A stretch of 64,000 nt of DNA from Eledone cirrhosa (lineage: Eukaryota). The translations under genes and the position numbers were made by a program. How positions within the stretch are numbered: the first letter of the stretch is position 1; the number at the start of each line of letters is the position of its first letter. The notes under the pieces were generated by a model. That model saw only the letters and a program-made list of their open reading frames with translations. It had not been told where the DNA came from and did no database searches. Shown here piece by piece: positions 12,703 to 27,176 of this stretch. The stretch spans positions 4,650,001-4,714,000 of the forward strand of contig OZ024743.1 in NCBI GenBank assembly GCA_964016885.1, written 5' to 3'.

Positions 12703-15700
12703 CTCTCTCTCACAGACACAGACAGACACACTGACATAAACACACACGCTTATACAAATGGAGATGCAGTTTCAGAATTAAACATAGACACACACATGTA
12801 CACAGCCGTTTCTTCATTTTGTTTAATTACTTCATTCTAATAAATTTTTTTATTGTTTGTTTCCAAAATGTTCTTTTTAATTTGTGCATTATTTCCATTT
12901 TCAAATTACAATGTCAATGTAAAATCTCATTACTAAATAACAAATAAATAAAAATGTCAAATCTGACAAGCTTCTTGATTATCTTTTTTACTCATATAAA
13001 AGTGAACGTATGTATGTTCCAAGTTGCAGGCCAGTTTTACACCAAGGTAGCTGAAACATTGCATAGGGGCACATTTCTGATATTTGTTCTTTTTAACTCT
13101 GAGCAGAGAAACTAAACGCATTGTATACCCACCAATCACTTGCAGTAGTCATTGGAAAAAGTTGCTGATTAGAAAAATATTTCTTTTAGACAAATTGTGT
13201 AAATTAGTATAGTATTTTGAAGAGAAACACGTTTTCTAAGAAAATTTAAAAAAATGAGAGAATGAAATTTATTTTAGGATCTATATTTATTTATTTATTT
13301 ATCTATTTATTTATTCATGTATTTTTATAAAGCTCAAATTGAACCTTTTACTGAATGACCTTTGAACCAACAATTCTGAACAAACCAACATTCCCGAACG
13401 ACCTGAAAATTGTCATCAGTTTTTAAAACCAATTTATCTCAAATATAGGGAATCCATTTGATCTTATTTATGAAATGTATTAATGAAGTGAGCAATATCG
13501 GGTACAGCTGCTACTTTACTACAAATTCTATAGATCAGAGTAAGAAGGTTCCCGGATTAAATGCTAATCGTCTGTACTGATCAATGTTTATCATTTATGT
13601 GCGGTTCTTCTAAAAGAAAGTAAAAGCTGAGAGTAATATATATGTTAAAGATAACTTACCTCTATAGCTACAAAGGCATACTTTTTGTAAGCTAAGTGTT
13701 ATTAAAATACCATCACCTGCTTACATGTGTGTGCCCTTGTGTTGAGTCTATTATATTGAAAGGTGACGAATTATCAGAATCTTAAGAGCCTCAGACGAAA
13801 TGCATTATGGTAGTTTTAGGCTCCTTGCGTTCTGAGTTCAAATATATCCGTGGCCAGCTTGGATAGTAGACATAATCAGTAATCCTATTTAACAGTATCA
13901 CTTGGCTTTTAGTTACCTTTAGTTGAATCCACTATGCTGCAAGCATTGATGCCTGATCTCCGATGAGAAAATATCTTCCCCTCTCTCTCCAATACTCTGA
14001 CAGGCCCTGAAATGCGTCATGGACACAGTTATATCTACTCACCAAGAGATAAAAAATACATTCTAACTAGATCTATGGCCTGAAGAAAGAATTCAACATC
14101 TTGGTGCGTTATTTCCTCCTGAAGTAACCAATCCGTCGTAGGCTCTTTTCTTCCATCCTTCACCAGTCTCAGAAATAATTGGCGAAATAATTGCTCGTAT
14201 GCGCTACCATACTCCCAGTGACTAAGCCATAGAAAAATGTCAATCGATACCAGTACTTAACTGGTACCATATTTTAACGGCTTAGGAAGGATGAAATATC
14301 AACCAAATTTCCTCAAATACATTCTACTGCTATCCAATGTCTTTTATTTTTTAAAATAGTGTGATGTGATTTGAGGGCTATGTCGCTGTTCTGTCAAATC
14401 CAGCGACAACACCGCCACCGTCACTGGCTCGAAATAGTCTTGTCGCTGTAGTTCGGAATTTTCTTTTTGTTTTTTTGTTTTTGTAAACAACTGTATGTAA
14501 TAAATACGTTTAGAGTATTGCTGTTATTATATTGTGGTAATATAGAAGTGAAGGTGTTGTGTAATGGTTTTAGTGGTTTCGTTGTTGTTGGTGATGGAGA
14601 TATCCAACCTCAGGTTAACTCTGATTGTGGAACCTAAGATTAAAGATATTCACTTTCTACCCATGACCATCTTGTGTTTTGATTGATATTTTTTTTTTAT
14701 TTACCCACCCAAGAAAAGTAATGAAGCCACTAAAATGAAAGGTGTTACTGAAAAGGGAAAAGGAGAGAGAAGATGAGGATTGACGTTGCATTTGAAGTTG
14801 GCAAATCGTAGTGTTCGGAAAAGCAAAATACCTTAAAAGGATTCTGAACTGAAGAGTTGCGATTTCGATCTTGCTGGTATTTAATCAGCTGTAGTAATGT
14901 TAGACGGTGTGACAGATGCATGAATGCAGGGTCCCATAGCTCCTGAAGGAGTCGTAGGAGGCGCCGTATTGACATATGCCTAGGTTTGAACACAGCAGAT
15001 TTCTTCCAAAGAAGGATAGACAGGATGAGAGAATGGTAGTAAGAAAGAGATATAGAGGAAGATTCGACCCCAGTACTGGACGGGTATTTTTTTTTTATCG
15101 ACCTTGAATGGATAAAAGGTAAAGTTGACCTCGACAGGAAAACATTCTATCCAACGTTCTAGCGACTCTGCCAATTCGCCGCCAGTGTGATAGATACGAT
15201 CCCTTAACTTTGTATGACACGGTGTAGAAAGATAACAGAATTGTTTATATATTTTTCTAAGGTTAATTTTGAGTAAAGTATTTACAAAGTAATTGTTGGT
15301 GCTAATACTCTGAATTGGCGAATGCTACTTTCGTTTTCTTTAGACATTTCTTTTGACTAAATATTTTTTTTTTATTATTTTTTTTTGTAATTTTATCCTA
15401 GAAGTAAAATAATTTATATTCACCAAAAATTTTTTTAAAAAGTAAAACATTTATTTATGAAACATGAAGCTCTTTTTCTTCACAAAAATCTATCCTTTTC
15501 AATCCTTAAAATGTTTTAAATACATTGAATAAAATAACATAATATAGAGTTATTAATATTCCATCTCTTCACCGTATAATTATTTCTAGTTAGCCTTTGA
15601 ATGTTTCATATATTAAATATTAACACAAATTTAACAAATAAAATAAACGCATACTGTTCACGTGATGAAGTCTACTCTTGCTTGAGGTGAACTCAGTAAC

Positions 15701-15977
15701 CGTGAAACGTCCAATTCACAATTATCAATACACGTCAACTCACCATCTCAAGTTTAAATGTTTCAAAGGATACAAACAGAGAAATCAACCAAGAAAAACT
15801 TCACAATAGTTATGTTTTCTTTTGTATTTTCTTTTGTGTTGTTTTGTGTTAGGCCTTTTAAACAAAACCACCGCTGCAAATATCATGTTTTGTCGTCCAT
15901 TGGATATGAGTGGGAGGTGTATGTGAGTGGGTATGGTATGGATTGGTTTAAACTCATTGCATATATATATATTTATC

Positions 15978-16097
<120 letters not shown>

Positions 16098-16119
16098 ACA
16101 TACATATATATATACATAC

Positions 16120-16174
<55 letters not shown>

Positions 16175-16238
16175 CATATGTACACATATATATATATATA
16201 TACACACAACATACATATATATATATACATACATATAC

Positions 16239-16326
<88 letters not shown>

Positions 16327-16645
16327 GAATGTATGTGTGTGTTCATTTGCGTACATATTATTTCATCATTAACCCCTTAATTGTTGACAGAGTCGTAGGT
16401 GAGACGTCGTGACATACGGCTGTTGTTGAGAATTGAAACCGAGTGAAGCCGACCTCTTCCAGGAAGAGAAGGAGAGAGAGAGGGGTGGGGATACAGACAA
16501 ATAGACAGAGAGAGAAGAGAGAGGGGGGGAGAACATTTTCTTTATTGATTCCAAAGGGATGAAAGACAAAATTGACATGACTGGAATTTGAACAAATACT
16601 ATACTGTAAAGCATTTTATCAAACACCTTAATAACTGCCAATTCG

Positions 16646-17090
<445 letters not shown>

Positions 17091-17091
17091 G

Positions 17092-17181
<90 letters not shown>

Positions 17182-17252
17182 CACCCACTCTAAAGCGTGA
17201 ACCTAATACTAACACTTTGTACTGCACTCTTCGTTATTGTTTTTATTTTCTG

Positions 17253-17299
<47 letters not shown>

Positions 17300-17302
<3 letters not shown>

Positions 17303-17475
17303 AAGGAAGTGTGGTAAGGAACCAGGTGGACCATAACGCACCAGAGTACTCGATACTTAGGGTAGTAGAGTGGGTAATAAGAAAAGAGTCAGGACCCCGA
17401 CGGCTGAGCTCCGGCCGTTACGACAGCTAGTTCTGAAACGGCCGGAGCTCAGCCGTCGGGGTCTTGACTCTTTTC

Positions 17476-17477
<2 letters not shown>
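17300..17477 (-). mobile_element. Short hairpin-plus-tail element, family A, in (TA)n
   Basis: Homologous to the copies at 9213 and 41659. Inverted arms GAAAAGAGTCAGGACCCCGACGGCTGAGCTCCGGCCGTT / AACGGCCGGAGCTCAGCCGTCGGGGTCTTGACTCTTTTC. Confidence 0.8.
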
Positions 17478-17549
<72 letters not shown>

Positions 17550-17554
17550 CATAT

Positions 17555-17640
<86 letters not shown>

Positions 17641-17709
17641 CAGGGTGTCCCAAAAATATATACACACTTTGATTAGAATGCTGTTGAAGTGTGTATATAT
17701 TTTTAAGGA

Positions 17710-17714
<5 letters not shown>
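17641..17714. mobile_element. Tc1/mariner-derived MITE (related copies 20735-20819, 21030-21116, 29575-29673)
   Basis: TA-flanked TIR CAGGGTGTCCCAAAAAT(A/G)TATACAC with the reverse complement at the other end. Confidence 0.75.
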
Positions 17715-17767
<53 letters not shown>

Positions 17768-18117
17768 GTCTTTTATTTTCTCTTTGCAACCTCCCACTAC
17801 AGCTGTTTACTTCTCAGTTATGTCTCGTTTTGCTTAACTTATCGCTCTTCCCTTCTTCTGAGCGTCAGCCGCTTTCTTTGTAAATTTCTCCCGTACGATT
17901 AAGACCTGAAGAAAGAATGTATCGAACATATTGATCAAGGTTTCGATTTCTTTCTGTTCCTTTAATAATTTTTGTATTCTTATTTTTTATTTTTTTATTT
18001 TATTGTTATTTTTGTTTCTTCTGCAATGGGAAACAACCAGTCACTATTGCCAGGACATTCATTATTATAAAATAATATTTTAATATTAATAATATTAAAA
18101 ATAATATTATCAAATAG

Positions 18118-18480
18118 GGCGGTGAATTGGCAGAATCGGTAGAGAGTCGGACGCTATGCTTTGCAGCAAAGAGTTACGGCCCTTGCCATTCTGAGTTCAA
18201 ATCCCGCCGAGGTTAACTTTGCCTGTCATCCTTACGGGGTCGATAAAATGAAGTACCAGTAATGTACTGGGTTATTGCTGGCCTTGTGCCAAATGTAGAA
18301 ACAATTATTATCAAATAACAAGAGCTTTATGTTCTAGTTTCAAATCCCACCGAGGACAACTTAGCCCTTCACCTTCCTAGGGTAGATAAAATAAAGGACC
18401 AGTAAAGTTCTGGTGTTGATATAATCGACTTTCCGTTCCCCTAAATGGCTGACCTTGTGCCTAAATTAGAAACCATTGTT
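18118..18480 (+). mobile_element. Two tandem tRNA-derived SINEs with a Nin-type central domain
   Basis: A box TGGCAGAATCGG, B box GAGTTCAAATCC, core TTTGCC..TCATCCTTACGGGGTCGATAAAATGAAGTACCAG, 3' end GGCCTTGTGCC..AGAAAC followed by (ATT)n. Confidence 0.8.
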
Positions 18481-18584
18481 TTTAAATATATATATATATA
18501 TATCTATATCTATATATCTATCTTCTATGTCTCTCTCTCTCTCTATATATATATCTATATATCTATCTTCTATCTCTCTCTCTC

Positions 18585-18617
<33 letters not shown>

Positions 18618-18696
18618 GTATATATCTCTATCTATCTGTCTCTCTCTCTCTATATATATATATATGTATATCTATCTATCTGTCTCTCTCTCTCTC

Positions 18697-18735
<39 letters not shown>

Positions 18736-18773
18736 ATATATATATATATACATATATATACATATATATATAC

Positions 18774-18807
<34 letters not shown>

Positions 18808-18817
18808 ATATATATTT

Positions 18818-19240
18818 TCTTCTTCTTCTATACATCCGTTACCGGTGCCGTGTTGAAGTTCCTCCTCCAGCTCACCCTGTCTAGCATTGTTGTCGGAATT
18901 TCCCCTACCTCCAAACCGGTGTAATCTTCAAGAACATTTTTCAGCGTTGTGGTGCGTCCCTCAACTCGTTTGCATGCATCAGGTTTCCAGAAAAGAACTC
19001 TGCCAGCATGTTCATTGTGTCGTTTCACATGTCCGGCTAAAGCAAATCTCTTATGCTTTGTGATGTCATAAAGGTGAAGGTGTGAGCCATAGAGTGATTT
19101 CTTTGCTACGCGTGTTCTTCAGGATATTTCTAGACCTTTCTCAGTGTCTGGGTGAATGTGCCGTAAATCCTCTTTGTGGGTGTTTTTGACAGTGTTCATG
19201 ACTCACATCCGTAGAGGAGAATGGACTCAACTGTTGCTCA
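18818..19240 (-). mobile_element. Degraded RTE LINE 3' fragment with a (GAA)n tail
   Basis: VESILLYGCES and FAGHVKRHNEHAGRVLFWKP...MLDRVSWRR on the minus strand; (TTC)n at about 18818-18828. Confidence 0.7.
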
Positions 19241-19351
19241 ATATATATTGTATACCTCTCAACAACAACCGAAATATATCACCTGACTATTCTCTTTCTT
19301 TGGAATTTCTACTAGATTTGTAGTATAATATTATACATTTCTTCGAAATAT

Positions 19352-19598
19352 CAGACCTGTCACCTCTCCAGTACTTCATTTTGAAAATAACTTGCACTTC
19401 TTTCAGCTTCGGAAATCCCCAATGGGTAGGTCTCCCACCCAATTTGAAGTGGGTGATTGATGTCTTCTCTTGTGAAAATGGTTATAGCTTTCATTATGTA
19501 AAATCCCCCCCCCCCCATTTTTGTCTCATTTCTCCCCGTTTTGGAGCACCTTTTTTTCATGGTACTCCCCGTTTGGTTTTTAAAGGTTGGCAGGTCTG
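19352..19598 (-). mobile_element. MITE with CAGACCTGCCAACCT-type TIRs (hAT-like)
   Basis: Ends CAGACCTGTCACCTCT ... AGGTTGGCAGGTCTG; the body is an inverted homologue of 19918-20178. Confidence 0.65.
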
Positions 19599-19917
19599 CT
19601 ACCAGCTGTGAATATTGGATTTATATTTTTCAATGAGGCATTCAAATTGGACTGTTGAGTGTGATTGAGAAGCTAATGATTACAGAAAATACTTCCCAAT
19701 AACCAGAACAACAAAAATGCTGTGGGTTTACATTAGCTGATTTTAGAAACAGTTCTTTATTGGTGTAAGTTTCGAAATATATACAGGCAACTAATTCGAC
19801 GTCAATTCATTGTCCGTTATTTGAAATAGACTACAGTATCTGATTTATCATTCTTAAATTCCGTATATGTTTTATCAGAAATATCCAACGAATATTCTAT
19901 ATGACAATTGTATATTT

Positions 19918-20112
19918 CAGACCTGCCAACCTCTAAAAACCCAAACGGGCTGTACCATGAAAAAAAGGTGTCCCAAAACGGGGAGAAATGCGACAAAATG
20001 GGGAGATATTACATAAGGAAAGCTATAAACATTTCACAAGAGAAGACATAAATCACCCACCCCAAATTGGGTGGGAGATCTCCCCATCGGACGGGGAGAG
20101 TTGACAGTTCTG
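19918..20112 (+). mobile_element. Second copy of the same hAT-like MITE in opposite orientation
   Basis: CAGACCTGCCAACCTCT ... GAGAGTTGACAGTTCTG. Confidence 0.65.
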
Positions 20113-20595
20113 TTATAGCTCTTTCGGGGGTTTCCGAAGCTGAAAGAAGTGCAGGTTAATTTCAAAATGAAGTACTGGCTCTCTTGTCTTTTTAAAAAGA
20201 TGTTAGGATGCAATTTGGTTGCTATTTCTTAAATAAGTCCACCTAGTAGTAAAGAGCTATTCTTGTTAATGGTCTATGGTAAGTTTTATTACCTTTATGA
20301 CTCTTTTCAGACTGCGGTCGATGAGAGGAAATAGGGATGTTACTCACATACCAAGAGCTGGCCCGAATACATGCATTACAGTGGATTCTGCTATAAACAC
20401 ACAATGTAGGGTAAATTATCTTTGGAGAGGGGAAACGGTGGATAGTGAGACATACCATACGGGTATCGATCAATTTACTCGATTTATTCCACTATTTTAT
20501 CCTTAATACATGAACTGTGGCAGCTAATAAAAGCAAATAAGTTTCAAATTTTAAAATTAGCCCAATTTCCTCATAGGTTTATATATATATATATT

Positions 20596-21249
<654 letters not shown>

Positions 21250-21619
21250 CGTGTTATTTCAAGACCATTAGCTCTAAATGCAGCGCACGAATAAAACCCA
21301 CTTTTATGGTGGCATGTGTATTTTGAATTCTCGATATAAGCAGCTTTCTAATTAGTACATTCGTTTTTCATGTAAAGGAAAGAAGCATCTGAAAAAATAT
21401 GATTTTTATCTTTATCTTTTTGGTATAATTATCATAAGCAGTTGATTCAAAACTTAGCAAAGAACATTAAATAGATAATAGTGTATTCATATAATAATTG
21501 TCTTCATTTCAAATCCAGGATTAATATGGAAAAGTGATATTTAGAAAAATATAATCTCGTCATAAAATTTAAGATTTGAACGCAGAATGAAATGTTGTGC
21601 CTAAATTATAAACAGGATA

Positions 21620-22500
21620 CTGGATTAGCAGTATCGGTAGAGCGTCAGACAACTTGCTTTGCGACTTGGAGTTACGGCCCTTTGCGTTCTGAGTTCAAAT
21701 CCCACCGAGGTTAGCTTTGCGTTTCATCCTAACGAGGTGGATAAAATATAGTACCAATAACGCACTAAGGTCGATTTATCGACTTTCCCCTTCCCCAAAA
21801 TTGTTGGCCTTGTGCCTAAATCAGAAACCATTATTTTAAGATAGAAACAGATAGAATCGTTAGAGTATCGGACAAAATGCTTTTCAACATTTATCTACGC
21901 TTCTTTACGGTCTGAGTTCAAATCCCACCGATGCCAACTTTGCCTTTCATCCTTCCAAGGTCGATAACATATCCTATCAGTCACGAACTGTTATCGATGT
22001 AATCGACTTTTCACCCACCCATAAATTGTTAGCCTTGTGTCTAATTTAGAAAATATTATTTTAATCGGTAGAGCGTCGGACAACATGCTTAATGGCATAG
22101 AGTTACAGCCCTGTACGTTCTGAGTTCAAATCATGTCGAGGTTAGCTTTGCCTTTCATCCTTACGGGGTCGATAAAATAAAGTACCAGTAATGCACTGAT
22201 TCGATTTAATCGAGCTCCCCCCCCCCCAAAAAAAAAAAATTGCTGGCCTTGTGCCAAATGTAAAAACAATTATTTTAAGATACAAAAGGGACAGAATCGT
22301 TAAGGTGTCGGACAAAATGCTTTCCAGCATTTAGTTACGCCCCTTTGCGTTCTGAATTCAAATCACGACGTGATCAGTTTCGCAGTTCATCAATCTGGAG
22401 TCGATAAAATAATGTCTAAGTCAAGTAATAGGTCAGTTTAATAAACTAACTCCTTTCCATCCCAATATTTGGCCTTGTTGGCTATGTTAGAAATTATTGT
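21620..22500 (+). mobile_element. Cluster of four head-to-tail Nin-domain tRNA SINEs
   Basis: Repeated (GA)ATCG(G/T)TA...GAGTTCAAATC...TTTGCCTTTCATCC...GATAA...GGCCTTGTG units starting at about 21620, 21850, 22062 and 22290. Confidence 0.8.
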
Positions 22501-24469
22501 TAGAAATTATTGGCTATGTTAGAAATTATTGTTAGAAATTATTGGCTATGTTAGAAATTATTATTAAAAACTAGAAAGACCGATTGATGGTGGTATTTAG
22601 TTACACATCTCTACCCGAACAGAGTTCAAAACACACCAGGGTCCACTCCGTCTTTCATCTCTCGAAAGTGTTATTGTTGTTGTCATCGTAACGTAAATTG
22701 AGAGGATCGAGGGAATATTTAGGTAAAGACCAATATAGCTAGTTCTTTGTTTAAAACTAAAACGGTGTCTACTGATAATTACTAGATATTAAACAACAGC
22801 CCAGAAATATATAAATAAATAAGTAAATAAATAAAAAGTTAAGATTTAAAAAATAAAGAAAGCTACAGAATTAGATAGAGGCTAAGGGAGAGTTTTTATT
22901 GTCAGCGAAGTAGTTCCTCGCCAGTAATTGTCTTTTTACGAGGAACTGAGCCCACTGCACTATTCTAACGGCACGTGACTTTACCTGACACGTGGTCTTT
23001 CATCGAGCACGTGACTTTCTCAAGCGCCCGCTGCCTGCTATGTAGGCGACTCCAGTAACCAATGGTACCTTATATTGTTGTTGTTGTTGTCATGATGATG
23101 ATGATGATCATCATCATCATCATCATCATTAGCATTAACAGCAGCACTGTCATTACTAATATAGCTGAAGTATCGATGGAGAAGTGTGAACAAAGTAATT
23201 ATTTTCATAGTTGTTGCCGTGGTTGTTGCTGTGATTATATTGTGTCTGTCACTTTCGTTCGTTATTTATTCATCAGCTCCTTCTCCCATTCTCAATTTGC
23301 AAGAGGTAAACTACCTGCCATCAGGGCCACAGAAAAAAATGATACGATAACGATGACGACAGTGACAACAACAATAAGAGGAATAACCTTTTAGTTAGGT
23401 ATAGTTGTTGTTTATTACTAATATCAAGAGTCACAGCTGTTCGAGCCTCTTACTTCTAAGGTGTCTAAACAGACGACATCGCTGGCGCCTGTGGTGTGTT
23501 TGTGGTAAACATTTTTAACTTTATAACTAGTAGAAGATTAGTTACCAAACTAAATATTATGGCGAGGTATATTTCTCTGATGCAGACAGCAGCATTGAAG
23601 TTGTGTTTTACAAACATGCAGTGATATATTCAAATCTTTCGTCCTAAGCAAAAAAGAATCTACGGAGCTATTCTTCTCATTTACGTTGTAAAGACAATGG
23701 GCAGTTTCATAGCAGGAACGGAGGATGGATATTTAGTTATGTTCCTTTACATTCGGAGTTCAAATCCTTTCAAAGTCGACCTTTTTTTTTCCAGGTTGTT
23801 AAAATAAGAAGTAGCTGCTTTGATAGTAATGTACCTGTCTACAAGATAATTTACAAACAGAAAATTGACAAAATCGTTAAAGTGTTGGATAGAATTACAT
23901 GTGTTATGTGATGCAGCTTTCTCCGTTCTGAGTTCTTAGGTGGTCACTTAATCTAACACCACTACCCGGTCCTTTGGCGCATTGTTGTAAGCATATGAGC
24001 CAGACCTTCTGTTTGAGGATGACATCATCCCTTATTCTTTTCGCCAATCTCGGAGACTCTGAAATTATGGTGTTTATAAGGGCTGTGCTTCGCTGTCTGG
24101 CAAATTGTGAAAATGAGTAAAAACTATACGAGAACAAATCAGCGAGGTTCAATCAACAAACCTATTTATATTTCATAACCCATCTCTGTCCAATTAGTTT
24201 CTCAGACTGTCACCACTGTCTTTTAAAAGACCAAAGCTCTTGACGCGAGTCTAACCACGTATTATGGCATGTCAGACGTGATAGCTAACAGTTAAATCAC
24301 ACTGAATATATATTCGTATTCTTGTCAATTTTGTTCAAAATTATTTTTACTCTTTCATCTCGTGTTTAAAAATCGCCAAAATCGGAATGAAGAGAGCAGA
24401 ACATAAAAAGGATACGAAGAAAGAATTTCTGCGGTTTATCTTTCATTTACAGTTGTTATTATTACATTT

Positions 24470-24690
24470 TCGGTGGATTGGCAGTATCAGTAGAGAGTCG
24501 GACACCATGCTTTGCTGTATAGAGTTACGGCCCCTTATGATCTGAGTTCAAATCCCGCTGAGGTTAAGTTTGCCTTTCATCCTTACGGAGTCGATAAAAT
24601 AAAGTACCAGTCACGCACTGGGGTCGATTTAATCGACTTTCCCCACCCCAAAAATTGTTGGCCTTGTGCCTATATAAGAAACCATTATTA
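24470..24690 (+). mobile_element. Nin-domain tRNA SINE (other copies + about 28984-29147, 47645-47832; - about 5790-5920, 15060-15185, 16550-16650, 58350-58482)
   Basis: Same A/B boxes and TTTGCCTTTCATCCTTACGGAGTCGATAAAATAAAGTACCAG core. Confidence 0.8.
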
Positions 24691-27076
24691 CATCTTGGAA
24701 TGACATGAGCATCACGAAATCCATCCTTTCTTTCATCATTTAATAATATATACAGCCTCAGTATCAATTTTCCTTATAGAGGAACTGACAAATATGTTAA
24801 GAATTTATCATGCCATCTCATGTAAGAATAAATTCGAGTTATATAACGTTTAGAACCTACATTGTATATATGTAGTTAGCACCATGCAGAATATTGTACC
24901 GATAGTTTCTCAGCCAACCAAATATCGGATACAGTTTCAATTCTCAGTTCGAACCTGTTTTGATAAAAGTAACCATCTTTCTTTCTTTATAATTCTGAAT
25001 CTTAGTTTTTCGGTTAAGAAAAAAATTGTTTAACCATTATGAAAATATATTCTTGTAATTAAAGTTAGGCTTAGCTATTCTAGAAGAGGTAAAATAACTA
25101 ACTTTATAAGCTATTAGATTATGTGCCTTTGGTTCAAGTTCACTTGAAGCATGTTTTTGTGGCCTTCAGTTTAATCAGATGGGGAGAATAAGAAGCTCAG
25201 TTGATCATTTGCAAAGCCACATATAATCAATTTCCACTTTAATCTGGATTTTAGTGATATTTCTCATTACTTCTCTACACCCTAAAAGCAGGATTAGCAA
25301 TAATTATATATCAACCATAAAGTATTCCCAAAAAACTTGAACTCCATTGAGCATATTTTAATTATTTCTTATGTGATTAGAAAATTCAATAAATAGAAAT
25401 TTAAAAATGCAAATTTGAGCGCAAAATAATTATCTAGGAATCAATTTCTGAATGTGTGTTTGGAAACGATGAGGGAAATTTGAAATTTATGAAAAAGTTA
25501 GAAGTTTCGTAGAATTTTTTATTATACAAAATAGTCTAAATAATAGGGCATTTAAGCCTCCTGAACAAAAAAATGAATATTATTCCCTGCGGGTGCTAAT
25601 GTTCATTATTTCCCTTAAGAGGGTTTATATATCCTTTTATTTAGACTAAATAGTAAAAAAATTCAAAGAAGCTTCTAACCTTCCCATGAATTTCATATAC
25701 AATGGCGACCAGAATCGACCTGCTTTTTCTCAAAGAAGTTTATTTCGTCTCTGCCGCTCCTCATGCTCCTCTATAGAGTGGTAGGAGACATGAGCACAAC
25801 CCCAGACAAGAGAGCTGACCCTAATGCGTGCGACAGAATGGACTCCGATAGAGGCCTCCGAGAGCCAGGTTTGGCGTTACATTGGGCGGCGGATAACGTC
25901 TACTATTCAAGTAAACGACACGAGGATATGTGTTTAGAATGTAAATTACCGAAACAGCAAAATGTCTCAGCCGATACTCTATCAATTCTGCTAATCTATT
26001 GCTCTGAGTTGGTACTTTATTCTATCAGTCCTGAAAGAATGAAAAACAAAGTGCAGAGAGCCTCGAACAAACGCCCAAAAGTATTTTTTTCTGATACCCG
26101 AACAAGATTTAAAAATTATACCATTCTCTATACTGAATGTAGCGATATCCTATAAGCCTCGATAGTACCCATGGTGTAGTCGCTAAAGAGAAAAGGGTCT
26201 TTACCAAGAATACTCTGAAGCGCCAAGGATGAGATCGGTATTCGAATGATTCAGCCAGCTGCAAATTGTGTGTATCATATAGAGTTACCATATTAGCAAT
26301 TCATTGTTTCATTTAGGTCAGGATATCCTTTTAAAATAAAAATGAAGGCTCTCTTATTTCACATGCGTTGACTCGCTGTGTAAGTGTGTATACAGTGGTA
26401 TTTATCAGTAAAATTGATATCCTTGGATATATACAGCAGGGTGACTTCTTTCTAGCTATCTCGTTTGAATTACATTTTAGATAAAAATGTGTTGATGTCT
26501 GGATAACAGTATAATTAGTAACACAAACAGACTACATTTAAACCTTACAAGCCTATAAAGACTATATAATAGATAAATGCTGAAGAATAGGTGTATAACC
26601 GAATTGATCGTACCAGGTGTGTGTTTTATGTCATTTATGTTTCCTGATAAAGTAAGGAATGCCACAAATTACCATTTCACACCCCTTTTAAAATCAGATC
26701 ATAATGTGGTAGTTTGGTCCGCTGTTAGTAGCAGGCAAATCTCCCGAAAATCACATTGTTGTCTTTATAAAAGACATATTAGATATAGTCTGGAGTATAC
26801 CCTGTAAAAGGTTAGGTTGGGATACCTTTGATTATACATCAACTCAATCGGTGTTGCATTTGAGAGCTAAATAAGAACAATAGCGAACACAAGTGAGCCT
26901 CTACGTGGTCGATCAACTTGCTAGAAATATCTGCCATATCTCCCTTAAATCACACACTACTCTCTTTAAAAAAAATCAATGTTTTTTTTAGCACTGTATT
27001 ATCAAATTATCGACTGTATTATCAAATTGTCAATGACGTCGAGTATTAAGGGCTGCCTATGTTGGGTATATCTCCC

Positions 27077-27176
<100 letters not shown>

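Noticed and set aside
14832-14942. Possible minus-strand exon ELWDPAFMHLSHRL...NPFK with AG/GT ends
   Set aside because: The acceptor lies within a dispersed repeat also seen near 45600 and 61460, and there is no recognisable protein similarity.
17904-17945. Other CTGANGA...GAAA hits (17906, about 19770-19885 minus, 29217, 53383, 62093)
   Set aside because: Stems I/III or core positions cannot be completed; at best decayed motifs.
18118-18215. tRNA gene
   Set aside because: A/B boxes are present but there is no cloverleaf; it is a SINE head.
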